Shown: in pieces, positions 51,170 through 64,000 of the stretch
Position numbering within the stretch: the first letter of the stretch is position 1
How the letters are laid out: the number at the start of each line of letters is the position of its first letter
From: Macrostomum lignano
Taxonomy: Eukaryota
Length of the DNA: 64,000 nt
Reading direction: 5' to 3'
NCBI GenBank assembly: GCA_002269645.1
Contig: NIVC01001301.1
Span: forward strand, 1-64,000
Notes under the pieces: model-generated
What the model was told of the DNA's origin: nothing
Database searches by the model: none
Seen by the model: only the letters and a program-made list of their open reading frames with translations
Position numbers and translations under genes: made by a program

Positions 51170-51564
51170 AAGGAGCAAACAATGACGACCTTGACGAGTT
51201 TGACGAGCTTCAACGGATAAAAAAACATTATAAACTTAAACATTCTTTACCGAAACTTAATACAATGCTTACCATATTTTAATCTTTTTTACAGTTGGTT
51301 AGCTTGTTAGTCTGCTAAAGCATGAGAAATACTCACTTTTTTGTTTCCAACGATAAACAACATAAAATATGCATGGATAGCCCCTGATGCTCGAAAACAA
51401 TCTGGTAGTTTGCAATAGCACTTCAGCTGATTTCTATCTTCTCATAGTTGTCTACATCTTTCTTCGATTTAAACAAAACCTTGAGCGCAGCTGTCATCAA
51501 AGCATTAAATTGGAGAGCAAAAACTGAATTTCGAGTTCATGCTTTCGGAATATAACTTCGAGTC

Positions 51565-54500
51565 ATTGTCTGTGGCAGTGTGGAGTGATATTGTCTCTGG
51601 TAGTGTGGTGGATTGTCTGTGGCAGTGTGGAGTGATATAGTCTCTGGTAGTGTGAAGGATTGTCTGTGGCAGTGTGGAGTGATATTGTCTCTGGTAGTGT
51701 GGAGGATCGTCTGGCAGTGTGGAGTGATATTGTCCCCGATAGTGTGGAGGATTGTCTGTGGCAGTGTGGAGTGACTGTCTGTGGCAGTGAGGATTGACTG
51801 TCTGTGGCAGTGTGGAGTGATTGTGGCAGTGTGGAGTGATTGTCTGTGGCAGTGAGGAGTGACGTCTGTGGCAGTGAGAAGTGACTGTGGCAACGAGGAG
51901 TGATTGTCTATGGCAGTGAGGAGTGACTGTCTGTGGCAGTGTGGAGTGACTGTCTGTGGCAGTGTGGAGTGACTGTGGCAATGAGGAGTGATTGTCTATG
52001 GCAGTGAGGAGTGATTGTCTATGGCAGTGAGGAGTTATTGTCTATGGCAGTGAGGAGTGATTGTCTATGGCAGTGAGGAGTTATTGTCTATGGCAGTATG
52101 GAGTGACTGTCGCAGTGACGAGTGACTGTCTGTGGCAGTGTGGAGTGACTGTCAGTGGCAGTGAGGATTGACTGTCTGTGGCAATGAGGAGTGACTGTGG
52201 CAATGAGGAGTGATTGTCTATGGTAGTGAGGAGTGATTGTCTATGGATATGAGGAGTGATTGTCTATGGCAATGAGGAGTGACTGTCTGTGGCAGTGTGG
52301 AGTGACTGTCTGTGGCAGTGTGGAGTGACTGTGGCAATGAGGAGTGATTGTCTATGGCAGTGAGGAGTGATTGTCTGTGGCAGTGTGGAGTGACTGTCTG
52401 CATGGCAGTGTGGAGTGACTGTCTGCATGGCAGTGTGGAGTGACTGTCTGTGGCAGTGTGGAATGACTGTCTGTGGCAGTGTGGTCTGTGACAGTGAGGA
52501 GTGACTGTCTGTGGCAGTGTGGAGTGACTGTCTGTGGCAGTGTGGAGTGACTGTCTGTGGCAGTGTGGAGTGACTGTCTGTGGCAGTGTGGAGTGACTGT
52601 CTGTGGCAGTGTGGAGTGACTGTCTGTGGCAGTGAGGAGTGACGTCTGTGGCAGTGTGGAGTGACTGTGGCAATGAGGAGTGATTGTCTATGGCAGTGAG
52701 GAGTGATTGTCTATGGCAGTGAGGAGTTATTGTCTATGGCAGTGAGGAGTGACTGTCTGTGGCAGTGACGAGTGACTGTCTGTGGCAGTGAGGAGTGACT
52801 GTCTGTGGCAGTGAGGAGTGACTGTCTGTGGCAGTGAGGAGTGACTGTCTATGGTAGTGAGGAGTGATTGTCTATGGAAATGAGGAGTGATTGTCTATGG
52901 CAATGAGGAGTGACTGTCTGTGGCAGTGTGGAGTGACTGTCTGTGACAGTGTGGAGTTGACTGTCTATGGCAGTGTGGAGTTGACTGTCTGTGGCAGTGT
53001 GGAGTGGTTGTCTGTGGCAGTGTGGAGTGATTGTCTGTGGCAGTGAGGAGTGACTGTCTGTCGCAGTGAGGAGTGACTGTCTGTGGCAGTGAGGAGTGAC
53101 TGTCTGTGGCAGTGAGGAGTGACTGTCTGTGGCAGTGAGGAGTGACTGTCTGTGGCAGTGAGGAGTGACTGTCTATAGTAGTGAGGAGTGATTGTCTATG
53201 GAAATGAGGAGTGATTGTCTATGGCAATGAGGAGTGACTGTCTGTGGCAGTGTGGAGTGATTGTCTGTAGCAGTGTGGAGTGATTGTCTGTAGCAGTGTG
53301 GAGTGACTGTCTGTGGCAGTGTGGAGTGACTGTCTGTGGCAGTGTGGTCTGTGGCAGTGTGGAGTGACTGTCTGTGGCAGTGTGGAGTGACTGTCTGTGG
53401 CAGTGTGGAGTGACTGTCTGTGGCAGTGTGGAGTGACTGTCTGTGGCAGTGTGGAGTGACTGTCTGTGGCAGTGTGGAGTGACTGTCTGCATGGCAGTGT
53501 GGAGTGACTGTCTGTGGCAGCGTGGAGTGACTGTCTGTGGCAGTGTGGAGTGACTGTCTGCATGGCAGTGTGGAGTGACTGTCTGTGGCAGTGTGGAGTG
53601 ACTGTCTGTGGCAGTGTGGAGTGACTGTCTGTGGCAGTGTGGTCTGTGGCAGTGAGGAGTGACTGTCTGTGGCAGTGTGGAGTGACTGTCTGTGGCAGTG
53701 ACGAGTGACTGTCTGTGGCAGTGTGGAGTGACTGTCTGTGGCAGTGTGGAGTGACTGTCTGTGGCAGTGTGGAGTGACTGTCTATGGTAGTGAGGAGTGA
53801 TTGTCTATGGAAATGAGGAGTGATTGTCTATGGCAATGAGGAGTGACTGTCTGTGGCAGTGTGGAGTGACTGTCTGTGGCAGTGTGGAGTGACTGTGGCA
53901 ATGAGGAGTGATTGTCTATGGCAGTGAGGAGTGATTGTCTGTGGCAGTGTGGAGTGACTGTCTGTGGCAGTGTGGAGTGACTGTCTGCATGGCAGTGTGG
54001 AGTGACTGTCTGTGGCAGTGTGGAGTGACTGTCTGTGGCAGTGTGGTCTGTGGCAGTGAGGAGTGACTGTCTGTGGCAGTGTGGAGTGACTGTCTGTGGC
54101 AGTGTGGAGTGACTGTCTGTGGCAGTGTGGAGTGACTGTCTGTGGCAGTGTGGAGTGACTGTCTGTGGCAGTGTGGAGTGACTGTCTGTGGCAGTGAGGA
54201 GTGACTGTCTGTGGCAGTGAGGAGTGACGTCTGTGGCAGTGAGAAGTGACTGTGGCAACGAGGAGTGATTGTCTATGGCAGTGAGGAGTGACTGTCTGTG
54301 GCAGTGTGGAGTGACTGTCTGTGGCAGTGTGGAGTGACTGTGGCAGTGTGGAGTGACTGTGGCAATGAGGAGTGATTGTCTATGGCAGTGAGGAGTGATT
54401 GTCTATGGCAGTGAGGAGTCATTGTCTATGGCAGTGAGGAGTGACTGTCGCAGTGACGAGTGACTGTCTGTGGCAGTGAGGAGTGACTGTCTGTGGCAGT

Positions 54501-57500
54501 GAGGAGTGACTGTCTGTGGCAGTGAGGAGTGACTGTCTATAGTAGTGAGGAGTGATTGTCTATGGAAATGAGGAGTGATTGTCTATGGCAATGAGGAGTG
54601 ACTGTCTGTGGCAGTGTGGAGTGACTGTCTGTGGCAGTGTGGTCTGTGGCAGTGTGGAGTGACTGTCTGTGGCAGTGTGGAGTGACTGTCTGTGGCAGTG
54701 TGGAGTGACTGTCTGTGGCAGTGTGGAGTGACTGTCTGCATGGCAGTGTGGAGTGACTGTCTGTGGCAGTGTGGAGTGACTGTCTGTGGCAGTGTGGAGT
54801 GACTGTCTGCATGGCAGTGTGGAGTGACTGTCTGTGGCAGTGTGGAGTGACTGTCTGTGGCAGTGTGGAGTGACTGTCTGCATGGCAGTGTGGAGTGACT
54901 GTCTGTGGCAGTGTGGAGTGACTGTCTGCATGGCAGTGTGGAGTGACTGTCTGTGGCAGTGTGGAGTGACTGTCTGCATGGCAGTGTGGAGTGACTGTCT
55001 GTGGCAGTGTGGAGTGACTGTCTGTGGCAGTGTGGAGTGACTGTCTGTGGCAGTGTGGTCTGTGGCAGTGAGGAGTGACTGTCTGTGGCAGTGTGGAGTG
55101 ACTGTCTGTGGCAGTGTGGAGTGGCTGTCTGTGGCAGTGTGGAGTGACTGTCTGTGGCAGTGACGAGTGACTGTCTGTGGCAGTGTGGAGTGACTGTGGC
55201 AGTGTGGAGTGACTGTGGCAATGAGGAGTGATTGTCTATGGCAGTGAGGAGTGATTGTCTATGGCAGTGAGGAGTTATTGTCTATGGCAGTGAGGAGTGA
55301 CTGTCTGTGGCAGTGACGAGTGACTGTCTGTGGCAGTGAGGAGTGACCGTCTGTGGCAGTGAGGAGTGACTGTCTGTGGCAGTGAGGAGTGACTGTCTAT
55401 AGTAGTGAGGAGTGATTGTCTATGGAAATGAGGAGTGATTGTCTATGGCAATGAGGAGTGACTGTCTATGGCAATGAGGAGTGACTGTCTGTGGCAGTGT
55501 GGAGTGATTGTCTGTAGCAGTGTGGAGTGATTGTCTGTAGCAGTGTGGAGTGATTGTCTGTAGCAGTGTGGAGTGACTGTCTGTGGCAGTGTGGAGTGAC
55601 TGTCTGTGGCAGTGTGGTCTGTGGCAGTGTGGAGTGACTGTCTGTGGCAGTGTGGAGTGACTGTCTTTGGCAGTGTGGAGTGACTGTCTGTGGCAGTGTG
55701 GAGTGACTGTCTTTGGCAGTGTGGAGTGACTGTCTGTGGCAGTGTGGAGTGACTGTCTGCATGGCAGTGTGGAGTGACTGTCTGTGGCAGTGTGGAGTGA
55801 CTGTCTGTGGCAGTGTGGAGTGACTGTCTGCATGGCAGTGTGGAGTGACTGTCTGTGGCAGTGTGGAGTGACTGTCTGTGGCAGTGTGGAGTGACTGTCT
55901 GTGGCAGTGTGGAGTGACTGTCTGTGGCAGTGTGGAGTGACTGTCTGTGGCAGTGTGGTCTGTGGCAGTGTGGAGTGACTGTCTGTGGCAGTGAGGAGTG
56001 ACTGTCTGTGGCAGTGAGGAGTGACTGTCTGTGGCAGTGAGGAGTGACTGTCTATAGTAGTGAGGAGTGATTGTCTATGGAAATGAGGAGTGATTGTCTA
56101 TGGCAATGAGGAGTGACTGTCTGTGGCAGTGTGGAGTGACTGTCTGTGGCAGTGTGGTCTGTGGCAGTGTGGAGTGACTGTCTGTGGCAGTGTGGAGTGA
56201 CTGTCTGTGGCAGTGTGGAGTGACTGTCTGCATGGCAGTGTGGAGTGACTGTCTGTGGCAGTGTGGAGTGACTGTCTGTGGCAGTGTGGAGTGACTGTCT
56301 GTGGCAGTGTGGAGTGACTGTCTGCATGGCAGTGTGGAGTGACTGTCTGTGGCAGTGTGGAGTGACTGTCTGTGGCAGTGTGGAGTGACTGTCTGCATGG
56401 CAGTGTGGAGTGACTGTCTGTGGCAGTGTGGAGTGACTGTCTGCATGGCAGTGTGGAGTGACTGTCTGTGGCAGTGTGGAGTGACTGTCTGCATGGCAGT
56501 GTGGAGTGACTGTCTGTGGCAGTGTGGAGTGACTGTCTGTGGCAGTGTGGAGTGACTGTCTGTGGCAGTGTGGTCTGTGGCAGTGAGGAGTGACTGTCTG
56601 TGGCAGTGTGGAGTGACTGTCTGTGGCAGTGTGGAGTGGCTGTCTGTGGCAGTGTGGAGTGACTGTCTGTGGCAGTGACGAGTGACTGTCTGTGGCAGTG
56701 TGGAGTGACTGTGGCAGTGTGGAGTGACTGTGGCAATGAGGAGTGATTGTCTATGGCAGTGAGGAGTGATTGTCTATGGCAGTGAGGAGTTATTGTCTAT
56801 GGCAGTGAGGAGTGACTGTCTGTGGCAGTGACGAGTGACTGTCTGTGGCAGTGAGGAATGACTGTCTGTGGCAGTGAGGAGTGACTGTCTGTGGCAGTGA
56901 GGAGTGACTGTCTATAGTAGTGAGGAGTGATTGTCTATGGAAATGAGGAGTGATTGTCTATGGCAATGAGGAGTGACTGTCTATGGCAATGAGGAGTGAC
57001 TGTCTGTGGCAGTGTGGAGTGATTGTCTGTAGCAGTGTGGAGTGATTGTCTGTAGCAGTGTGGAGTGATTGTCTGTAGCAGTGTGGAGTGACTGTCTGTG
57101 GCAGTGTGGAGTGACTGTCTGTGGCAGTGTGGTCTGTGGCAGTGTGGAGTGACTGTCTGTGGCAGTGTGGAGTGACTGTCTTTGGCAGTGTGGAGTGACT
57201 GTCTGTGGCAGTGTGGAGTGACTGTCTGCATGGCAGTGTGGAGTGACTGTCTGTGGCAGTGTGGAGTGACTGTCTGTGGCAGTGTGGAGTGACTGTCTGC
57301 ATGGCAGTGTGGAGTGACTGTCTGTGGCAGTGTGGAGTGACTGTCTGTGGCAGTGTGGAGTGACTGTCTGTGGCAGTGTGGTCTGTGGCAGTGAGGAGTG
57401 ACTGTCTGTGGCAGTGTGGAGTGACTGTCTGTGGCAGTGACGAGTGACTGTCTGTGGCAGTGTGGAGTGACTGTCTGTGGCAGTGTGGAGTGACTGTCTG

Positions 57501-60500
57501 TGGCAGTGTGGAGTGACTGTCTATGGTAGTGAGGAGTGATTGTCTATGGAAATGAGGAGTGATTGTCTATGGCAATGAGGAGTGACTGTCTGTGGCAGTG
57601 TGGAGTGACTGTCTGTGGCAGTGTGGAGTGACTGTGGCAATGAGGAGTGATTGTCTATGGCAGTGAGGAGTGATTGTCTGTGGCAGTGTGGAGTGACTGT
57701 CTGTGGCAGTGTGGAGTGACTGTCTGCATGGCAGTGTGGAGTGACTGTCTGTGGCAGTGTGGAGTGACTGTCTGTGGCAGTGTGGTCTGTGGCAGTGAGG
57801 AGTGACTGTCTGTGGCAGTGTGGAGTGACTGTCTGTGGCAGTGTGGAGTGACTGTCTGTGGCAGTGTGGAGTGACTGTCTGTGGCAGTGTGGAGTGACTG
57901 TCTGTGGCAGTGAGGAGTGACTGTCTGTGGCAGTGAGGAGTGACGTCTGTGGCAGTGAGAAGTGACTGTGGCAACGAGGAGTGATTGTCTATGGCAGTGA
58001 GGAGTGACTGTCTGTGGCAGTGTGGAGTGACTGTCTGTGGCAGTGTGGAGTGACTGTGGCAGTGTGGAGTGACTGTGGCAATGAGGAGTGATTGTCTATG
58101 GCAGTGAGGAGTGATTGTCTATGGCAGTGAGGAGTTATTGTCTATGGCAGTGAGGAGTGACTGTCTGTGGCAGTGACGAGTGACTGTCTGTGGCAGTGAG
58201 GAGTGACTGTCTGTGGCAGTGAGGAGTGACTGTCTGTGGCAGTGAGGAGTGACTGTCTATAGTAGTGAGGAGTGATTGTCTATGGAAATGAGGAGTGATT
58301 GTCTATGGCAATGAGGAGTGACTGTCTGTGGCAGTGTGGAGTGACTTTCTGTGGCAGTGTGGTCTGTGGCAGTGTGGAGTGACTGTCTGTGGCAGTGTGG
58401 AGTGACTGTCTGTGGCAGTGTGGAGTGACTGTCTGTGGCAGTGTGGTCTGTGGCAGTGTGGAGTGACTGTCTGTGGCAGTGTGGAGTGACTGTCTGTGGC
58501 AGTGTGGAGTGACTGTCTGTGGCAGTGTGGAGTGACTGTCTGCATGGCAGTGTGGAGTGACTGTCTGTGGCAGTGTGGAGTGACTGTCTGTGGCAGTGTG
58601 GAGTGACTGTCTGCATGGCAGTGTGGAGTGACTGTCTGTGGCAGTGTGGAGTGACTGTCTGCATGGCAGTGAGGAGTGACGTCTGTGGCAGTGAGAAGTG
58701 ACTGTGGCAACGAGGAGTGATTGTCTATGGCAGTGAGGAGTGACTGTCTGTGGCAGTGTGGAGTGACTGTCTGTGGCAGTGTGGAGTGACTGTGGCAGTG
58801 TGGAGTGACTGTCTGTGGCAGTGTGGAGTGACTGTGGCAGTGTGGAGTGACTGTGGCAATGAGGAGTGATTGTCTATGGCAGTGAGGAGTGATTGTCTAT
58901 GGCAGTGAGGAGTTATTGTCTATGGCAGTGAGGAGTGACTGTCTATGGAAATGAGGAGTGATTGTCTATGGCAATGAGGAGTGACTGTCTGTGGCAGTGT
59001 GGAGTGACTGTCTGTGGCAGTGTGGAGTGACTGTCTGTGGCAGTGTGGAGTGACTGTCTGTGGCAGTGTGGAGTGACTGTCTGTGGCAGTGTGGAGTGAC
59101 TGTCTGTGGCAGTGTGGAGTGACTGTCTGTGGCAGTGTGGAGTGACTGTCTGTGGCAGTGTGGAGTGACTGTCTGTGGCAGTGTGGAGTGACTGTCTGCA
59201 TGGCAGTGTGGAGTGACTGTCTGTGGCAGTGTGGAGTGACTGTCTGCATGGCAGTGTGGAGTGACTGTCTGTGGCAGTGTGGAGTGACTGTCTGTGGCAG
59301 TGTGGAGTGACTGTCTGTGGCAGTGTGGTCTGTGGCAGTGAGGAGTGACTGTCTGTGGCAGTGTGGAGTGACTGTCTGTGGCAGTGTGGAGTGGCTGTCT
59401 GTGGCAGTGTGGAGTGACTGTCTGTGGCAGTGTGGTCTGTGGCAGTGAGGAGTGACTGTCTGTGGCAGTGTGGAGTGACTGTCTGTGGCAGTGTGGAGTG
59501 GCTGTCTGTGGCAGTGTGGAGTGACTGTCTGTGGCAGTGACGAGTGACTGTCTGTGGCAGTGTGGAGTGACTGTCTGTGGCAGTGTGGAGTGACTGTCTG
59601 TGGCAGTGTGGAGTGACTGTCTATGGTAGTGAGGAGTGATTGTCTATGGAAATGAGGAGTGATTGTCTATGGCAATGAGGAGTGACTGTCTGTGGCAGTG
59701 TGGAGTGACTGTCTGTGGCAGTGTGGAGTGACTGTGGCAATGAGGAGTGATTGTCTATGGCAGTGAGGAGTGATTGTCTGTGGCAGTGTGGAGTGACTGT
59801 CTGTGGCAGTGTGGAGTGACTGTCTGCATGGCAGTGTGGAGTGACTGTCTGTGGCAGTGTGGAGTGACTGTCTGCATGGCAGTGTGGAGTGATTGTCTGT
59901 GGCAGTGTGGAGTGACTGTCTGTGGCAGTGTGGTCTGTGGCAGTGAGGAGTGACTGTCTGTGGCAGTGTAGAGTTGACTGTCTGTGGCAGTGAGGAGTGA
60001 CGTCTGTGGCAGTGAGAAGTGACTGTGGCAACGAGGAGTGACTGTCTGTGGCAGTGTGGAGTGACTGTCTGTGGCAGTGAGGAGTGACTGTCTGTGGCAG
60101 TGAGGAGTGACGTCTGTGGCAGTGAGAAGTGACTGTGGCAACGAGGAGTGATTGTCTATGGCAGTGAGGAGTGACTGTCTGTGGCAGTGTGGAGTGACTG
60201 TCTGTGGCAGTGTGGAGTGACTGTGGCAGTGTGGAGTGACTGTGGCAATGAGGAGTGATTGTCTATGGCAGTGAGGAGTGATTGTCTATGGCAGTGAGGA
60301 GTTATTGTCTATGGCAGTGAGGAGTGACTGTCTGTGGCAGTGACGAGTGACTGTCTGTGGCAGTGAGGAGTGACTGTCTGTGGCAGTGAGGAGTGACTGT
60401 CTGTGGCAGTGAGGAGTGACTGTCTATGGTAGTGAGGAGTGATTGTCTATGGAAATGAGGAGTGATTGTCTATGGCAATGAGGAGTGACTGTCTATGGCA

Positions 60501-63500
60501 ATGAGGAGTGACTGTCTGTGGCAGTGTGGAGTGATTGTCTGTAGCAGTGTGGAGTGATTGTCTGTAGCAGTGTGGAGTGATTGTCTGTAGCAGTGTGGAG
60601 TGACTGTCTGTGGCAGTGTGGAGTGACTGTCTGTGGCAGTGTGGTCTGTGGCAGTGTGGAGTGACTGCCTGTGGCAGTGTGGAGTGACTGTCTGTGGCAG
60701 TGTGGAGTGACTGTCTGTGGCAGTGTGGAGTGACTGTCTGCATGGCAGTGTGGAGTGACTGTCTGTGGCAGTGTGGAGTGACTGTCTGTGGCAGTGTGGA
60801 GTGACTGTCTGCATGGCAGTGTGGAGTGACTGTCTGTGGCAGTGTGGAGTGACTGTCTGTGGCAGTGTGGAGTGACTGTCTGTGGCAGTGTGGAGTGACT
60901 GTCTATGGTAGTGAGGAGTGATTGTCTATGGAAATGAGGAGTGATTGTCTATGGCAATGAGGAGTGACTGTCTGTGGCAGTGTGGAGTGACTGTCTGTGG
61001 CAGTGTGGTCTGTGGCAGTGTGGAGTGACTGTCTGTGGCAGTGTGGAGTGACTGTCTGTGGCAGTGTGGAGTGACTGTCTGTGGCAGTGTGGAGTGACTG
61101 TCTGCATGGCAGTGTGGAGTGACTGTCTGTGGCAGTGTGGAGTGACTGTCTGTGGCAGTGTGGAGTGACTGTCTGCATGGCAGTGTGGAGTGACTGTCTG
61201 TGGCAGTGTGGAGTGACTGTCTGTGGCAGTGTGGAGTGACTGTCTGTGGCAGTGTGGAGTGACTGTCTATGGTAGTGAGGAGTGATTGTCTATGGAAATG
61301 AGGAGTGATTGTCTATGGCAATGAGGAGTGACTGTCTGTGGCAGTGTGGAGTGACTGTCTGTGGCAGTGTGGAGTGACTGTGGCAATGAGGAGTGATTGT
61401 CTATGGCAGTGAGGAGTGATTGTCTGTGGCAGTGTGGAGTGACTGTCTGTGGCAGTGTGGAGTGACTGTCTGCATGGCAGTGTGGAGTGACTGTCTGTGG
61501 CAGTGTGGAGTGACTGTCTGTGGCAGTGTGGTCTGTGGCAGTGAGGAGTGACTGTCTGTGGCAGTGTGGAGTGACTGTCTGTGGCAGTGTGGAGTGACTG
61601 TCTGTGGCAGTGTGGAGTGACTGTCTGTGGCAGTGTGGAGTGACTGTCTGTGGCAGTGTGGAGTGACTGTCTGTGGCAGTGAGGAGTGACTGTCTGTGGC
61701 AGTGAGGAGTGACGTCTGTGGCAGTGAGAAGTGACTGTGGCAACGAGGAGTGATTGTCTATGGCAGTGAGGAGTGACTGTCTGTGGCAGTGTGGAGTGAC
61801 TGTCTGTGGCAGTGTGGAGTGACTGTGGCAGTGTGGAGTGACTGTGGCAATGAGGAGTGATTGTCTATGGCAGTGAGGAGTGATTGTCTATGGCAGTGAG
61901 GAGTTATTGTCTATGGCAGTGAGGAGTGACTGTCTGTGGCAGTGACGAGTGACTGTCTGTGGCAGTGAGGAGTGACTGTCTGTGGCAGTGAGGAGTGACT
62001 GTCTGTGGCAGTGAGGAGTGACTGTCTATAGTAGTGAGGAGTGATTGTCTATGGAAATGAGGAGTGATTGTCTATGGCAATGAGGAGTGACTGTCTGTGG
62101 CAGTGTGGAGTGACTGTCTGTGGCAGTGTGGTCTGTGGCAGTGTGGAGTGACTGTCTGTGGCAGTGTGGAGTGACTGTCTGTAGCAGTGTGGAGTGACTG
62201 TCTGTGGCAGTGTGGAGTGACTGTCTGTGGCAGTGTGGAGTGACTGTCTGTGGCAGTGTGGAGTGACTGTCTGTGGCAGTGTGGAGTGACTGTCTGCATG
62301 GCAGTGTGGAGTGACTGTCTGTGGCAGTGTGGAGTGACTGTCTGTGGCAGTGTGGAGTGACTGTCTGCATGGCAGTGTGGAGTGACTGTCTGTGGCAGTG
62401 TGGAGTGACTGTCTGCATGGCAGTGTGGAGTGACTGTCTGTGGCAGTGTGGAGTGACTGTCTGCATGGCAGTGTGGAGTGACTGTCTGTGGCAGTGTGGA
62501 GTGACTGTCTGTGGCAGTGTGGAGTGACTGTCTGTGGCAGTGTGGTCTGTGGCAGTGAGGAGTGACTGTCTGTGGCAGTGTGGAGTGACTGTCTGTGGCA
62601 GTGTGGAGTGGCTGTCTGTGGCAGTGAGGAGTGACTGTCTGTGGCAGTGTGGAGTGACTGTCTGTGGCAGTGTGGAGTGACTGTCTGTAGCAGTGTGGAG
62701 TGACTGTCTGTGGCAGTGTGGAGTGACTGTCTATGGTAGTGAGGAGTGATTGTCTATGGAAATGAGGAGTGATTGTCTATGGCAATGAGGAGTGACTGTC
62801 TGTGGCAGTGTGGAGTGACTGTCTGTGGCAGTGTGGAGTGACTGTGGCAATGAGGAGTGATTGTCTATGGCAGTGAGGAGTGATTGTCTGTGGCAGTGTG
62901 GAGTGACTGTCTGTGGCAGTGTGGAGTGACTGTCTGCATGGCAGTGTGGAGTGACTGTCTGTGGCAGTGTGGAGTGACTGTCTGCATGGCAGTGTGGAGT
63001 GACTGTCTGTGGCAGTGTGGAGTGACTGTCTGTGGCAGTGTGGTCTGTGGCAGTGAGGAGTGACTGTCTGTGGCAGTGTAGAGTTGACTGTCTGTGGCAG
63101 TGAGGAGTGACGTCTGTGGCAGTGAGAAGTGACTGTGGCAACGAGGAGTGACTGTCTGTGGCAGTGTGGAGTGACTGTCTGTGGCAGTGAGGAGTGACTG
63201 TCTGTGGCAGTGAGGAGTGACGTCTGTGGCAGTGAGAAGTGACTGTGGCAACGAGGAGTGATTGTCTATGGCAGTGAGGAGTGACTGTCTGTGGCAGTGT
63301 GGAGTGACTGTCTGTGGCAGTGTGGAGTGACTGTGGCAGTGTGGAGTGACTGTGGCAATGAGGAGTGATTGTCTATGGCAGTGAGGAGTGATTGTCTATG
63401 GCAGTGAGGAGTTATTGTCTATGGCAGTGAGGAGTGACTGTCTGTGGCAGTGACGAGTGACTGTCTGTGGCAGTGAGGAGTGACTGTCTGTGGCAGTGAG

Positions 63501-64000
63501 GAGTGACTGTCTGTGGCAGTGAGGAGTGACTGTCTATAGTAGTGAGGAGTGATTGTCTATGGCAATGAGGAGTGACTGTCTATGGCAATGAGGAGTGACT
63601 GTCTGTGGCAGTGTGGAGTGACTGTCTGTGGCAGTGTGGAGTGACTGTCTGTGGCAGTGTGGAGTGACTGTCTGTGGCAGTGTGGAGTGACTGTCTGTGG
63701 CAGTGTGGAGTGACTGTCTGTGGCAGTGTGGAGTGACTGTCTGTGGCAGTGTGGAGTGACTGTCTGTGGCAGTGTGGAGTGACTGTCTGTGGCAGTGTGG
63801 AGTGACTGTCTGCATGGCAGTGTGGAGTGACTGTCTGTGGCAGTGTGGAGTGACTGTCTGCATGGCAGTGTGGAGTGACTGTCTGTGGCAGTGTGGAGTG
63901 ACTGTCTGTGGCAGTGTGGAGTGACTGTCTGTGGCAGTGTGGTCTGTGGCAGTGAGGAGTGACTGTCTGTGGCAGTGTGGAGTGACTGTCTGTGGCAGTG
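51565..64000. repeat. 23-bp satellite/minisatellite (GTGTGGAGTGACTGTCTGTGGCA), >12.4 kb, runs off the window end
   Basis: Diverged units at 51565-51900 grade into homogeneous ones; recurrent variant blocks at 1515-bp and 3110-bp offsets. All H/T/Q-rich ORFs here are artefacts. Confidence 0.97.

Noticed and set aside
51505-63863. Dozens of His/Thr/Gln-rich ORFs
   Set aside because: All derive from the 23-bp satellite.

Overview
Eukaryotic (invertebrate animal) genomic DNA with spliceosomal introns and about half its length in tandem repeats; the style suggests a flatworm such as Macrostomum, but that is inference only. From left to right: (1) the 5' part of an RBM5/RBM10-like gene (RS region plus RRM1), frameshifted and with no further exons found, carrying a 2-kb hAT-type non-autonomous element that contains a 28S rRNA-derived segment; (2) an apparently complete 10.6-kb CACTA/EnSpm (CMC)-type DNA transposon (4222-14788; CCCAGTGG termini, TA duplication) with an intact transposase and a divergent spliced BEN/DUF4806-like accessory gene; (3) a complete 13-exon ERG/KCNH2-type K+ channel gene (14973-34146, ~1145 aa) with one GC-AG intron and repeat-, SINE- and LINE-filled introns; (4) a head-to-head pair of paralogous secreted proteins with a domain I cannot name; (5) a small GPI-type Ly6/three-finger gene; (6) many distinct minisatellites, several of whose units copy the adjacent splice junction, ending in a >12-kb 23-bp array. 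Exon boundaries were read by hand. Most long ORFs in the supplied track are artefacts of repeats. No CRISPR array or intact rRNA/tRNA gene was found.
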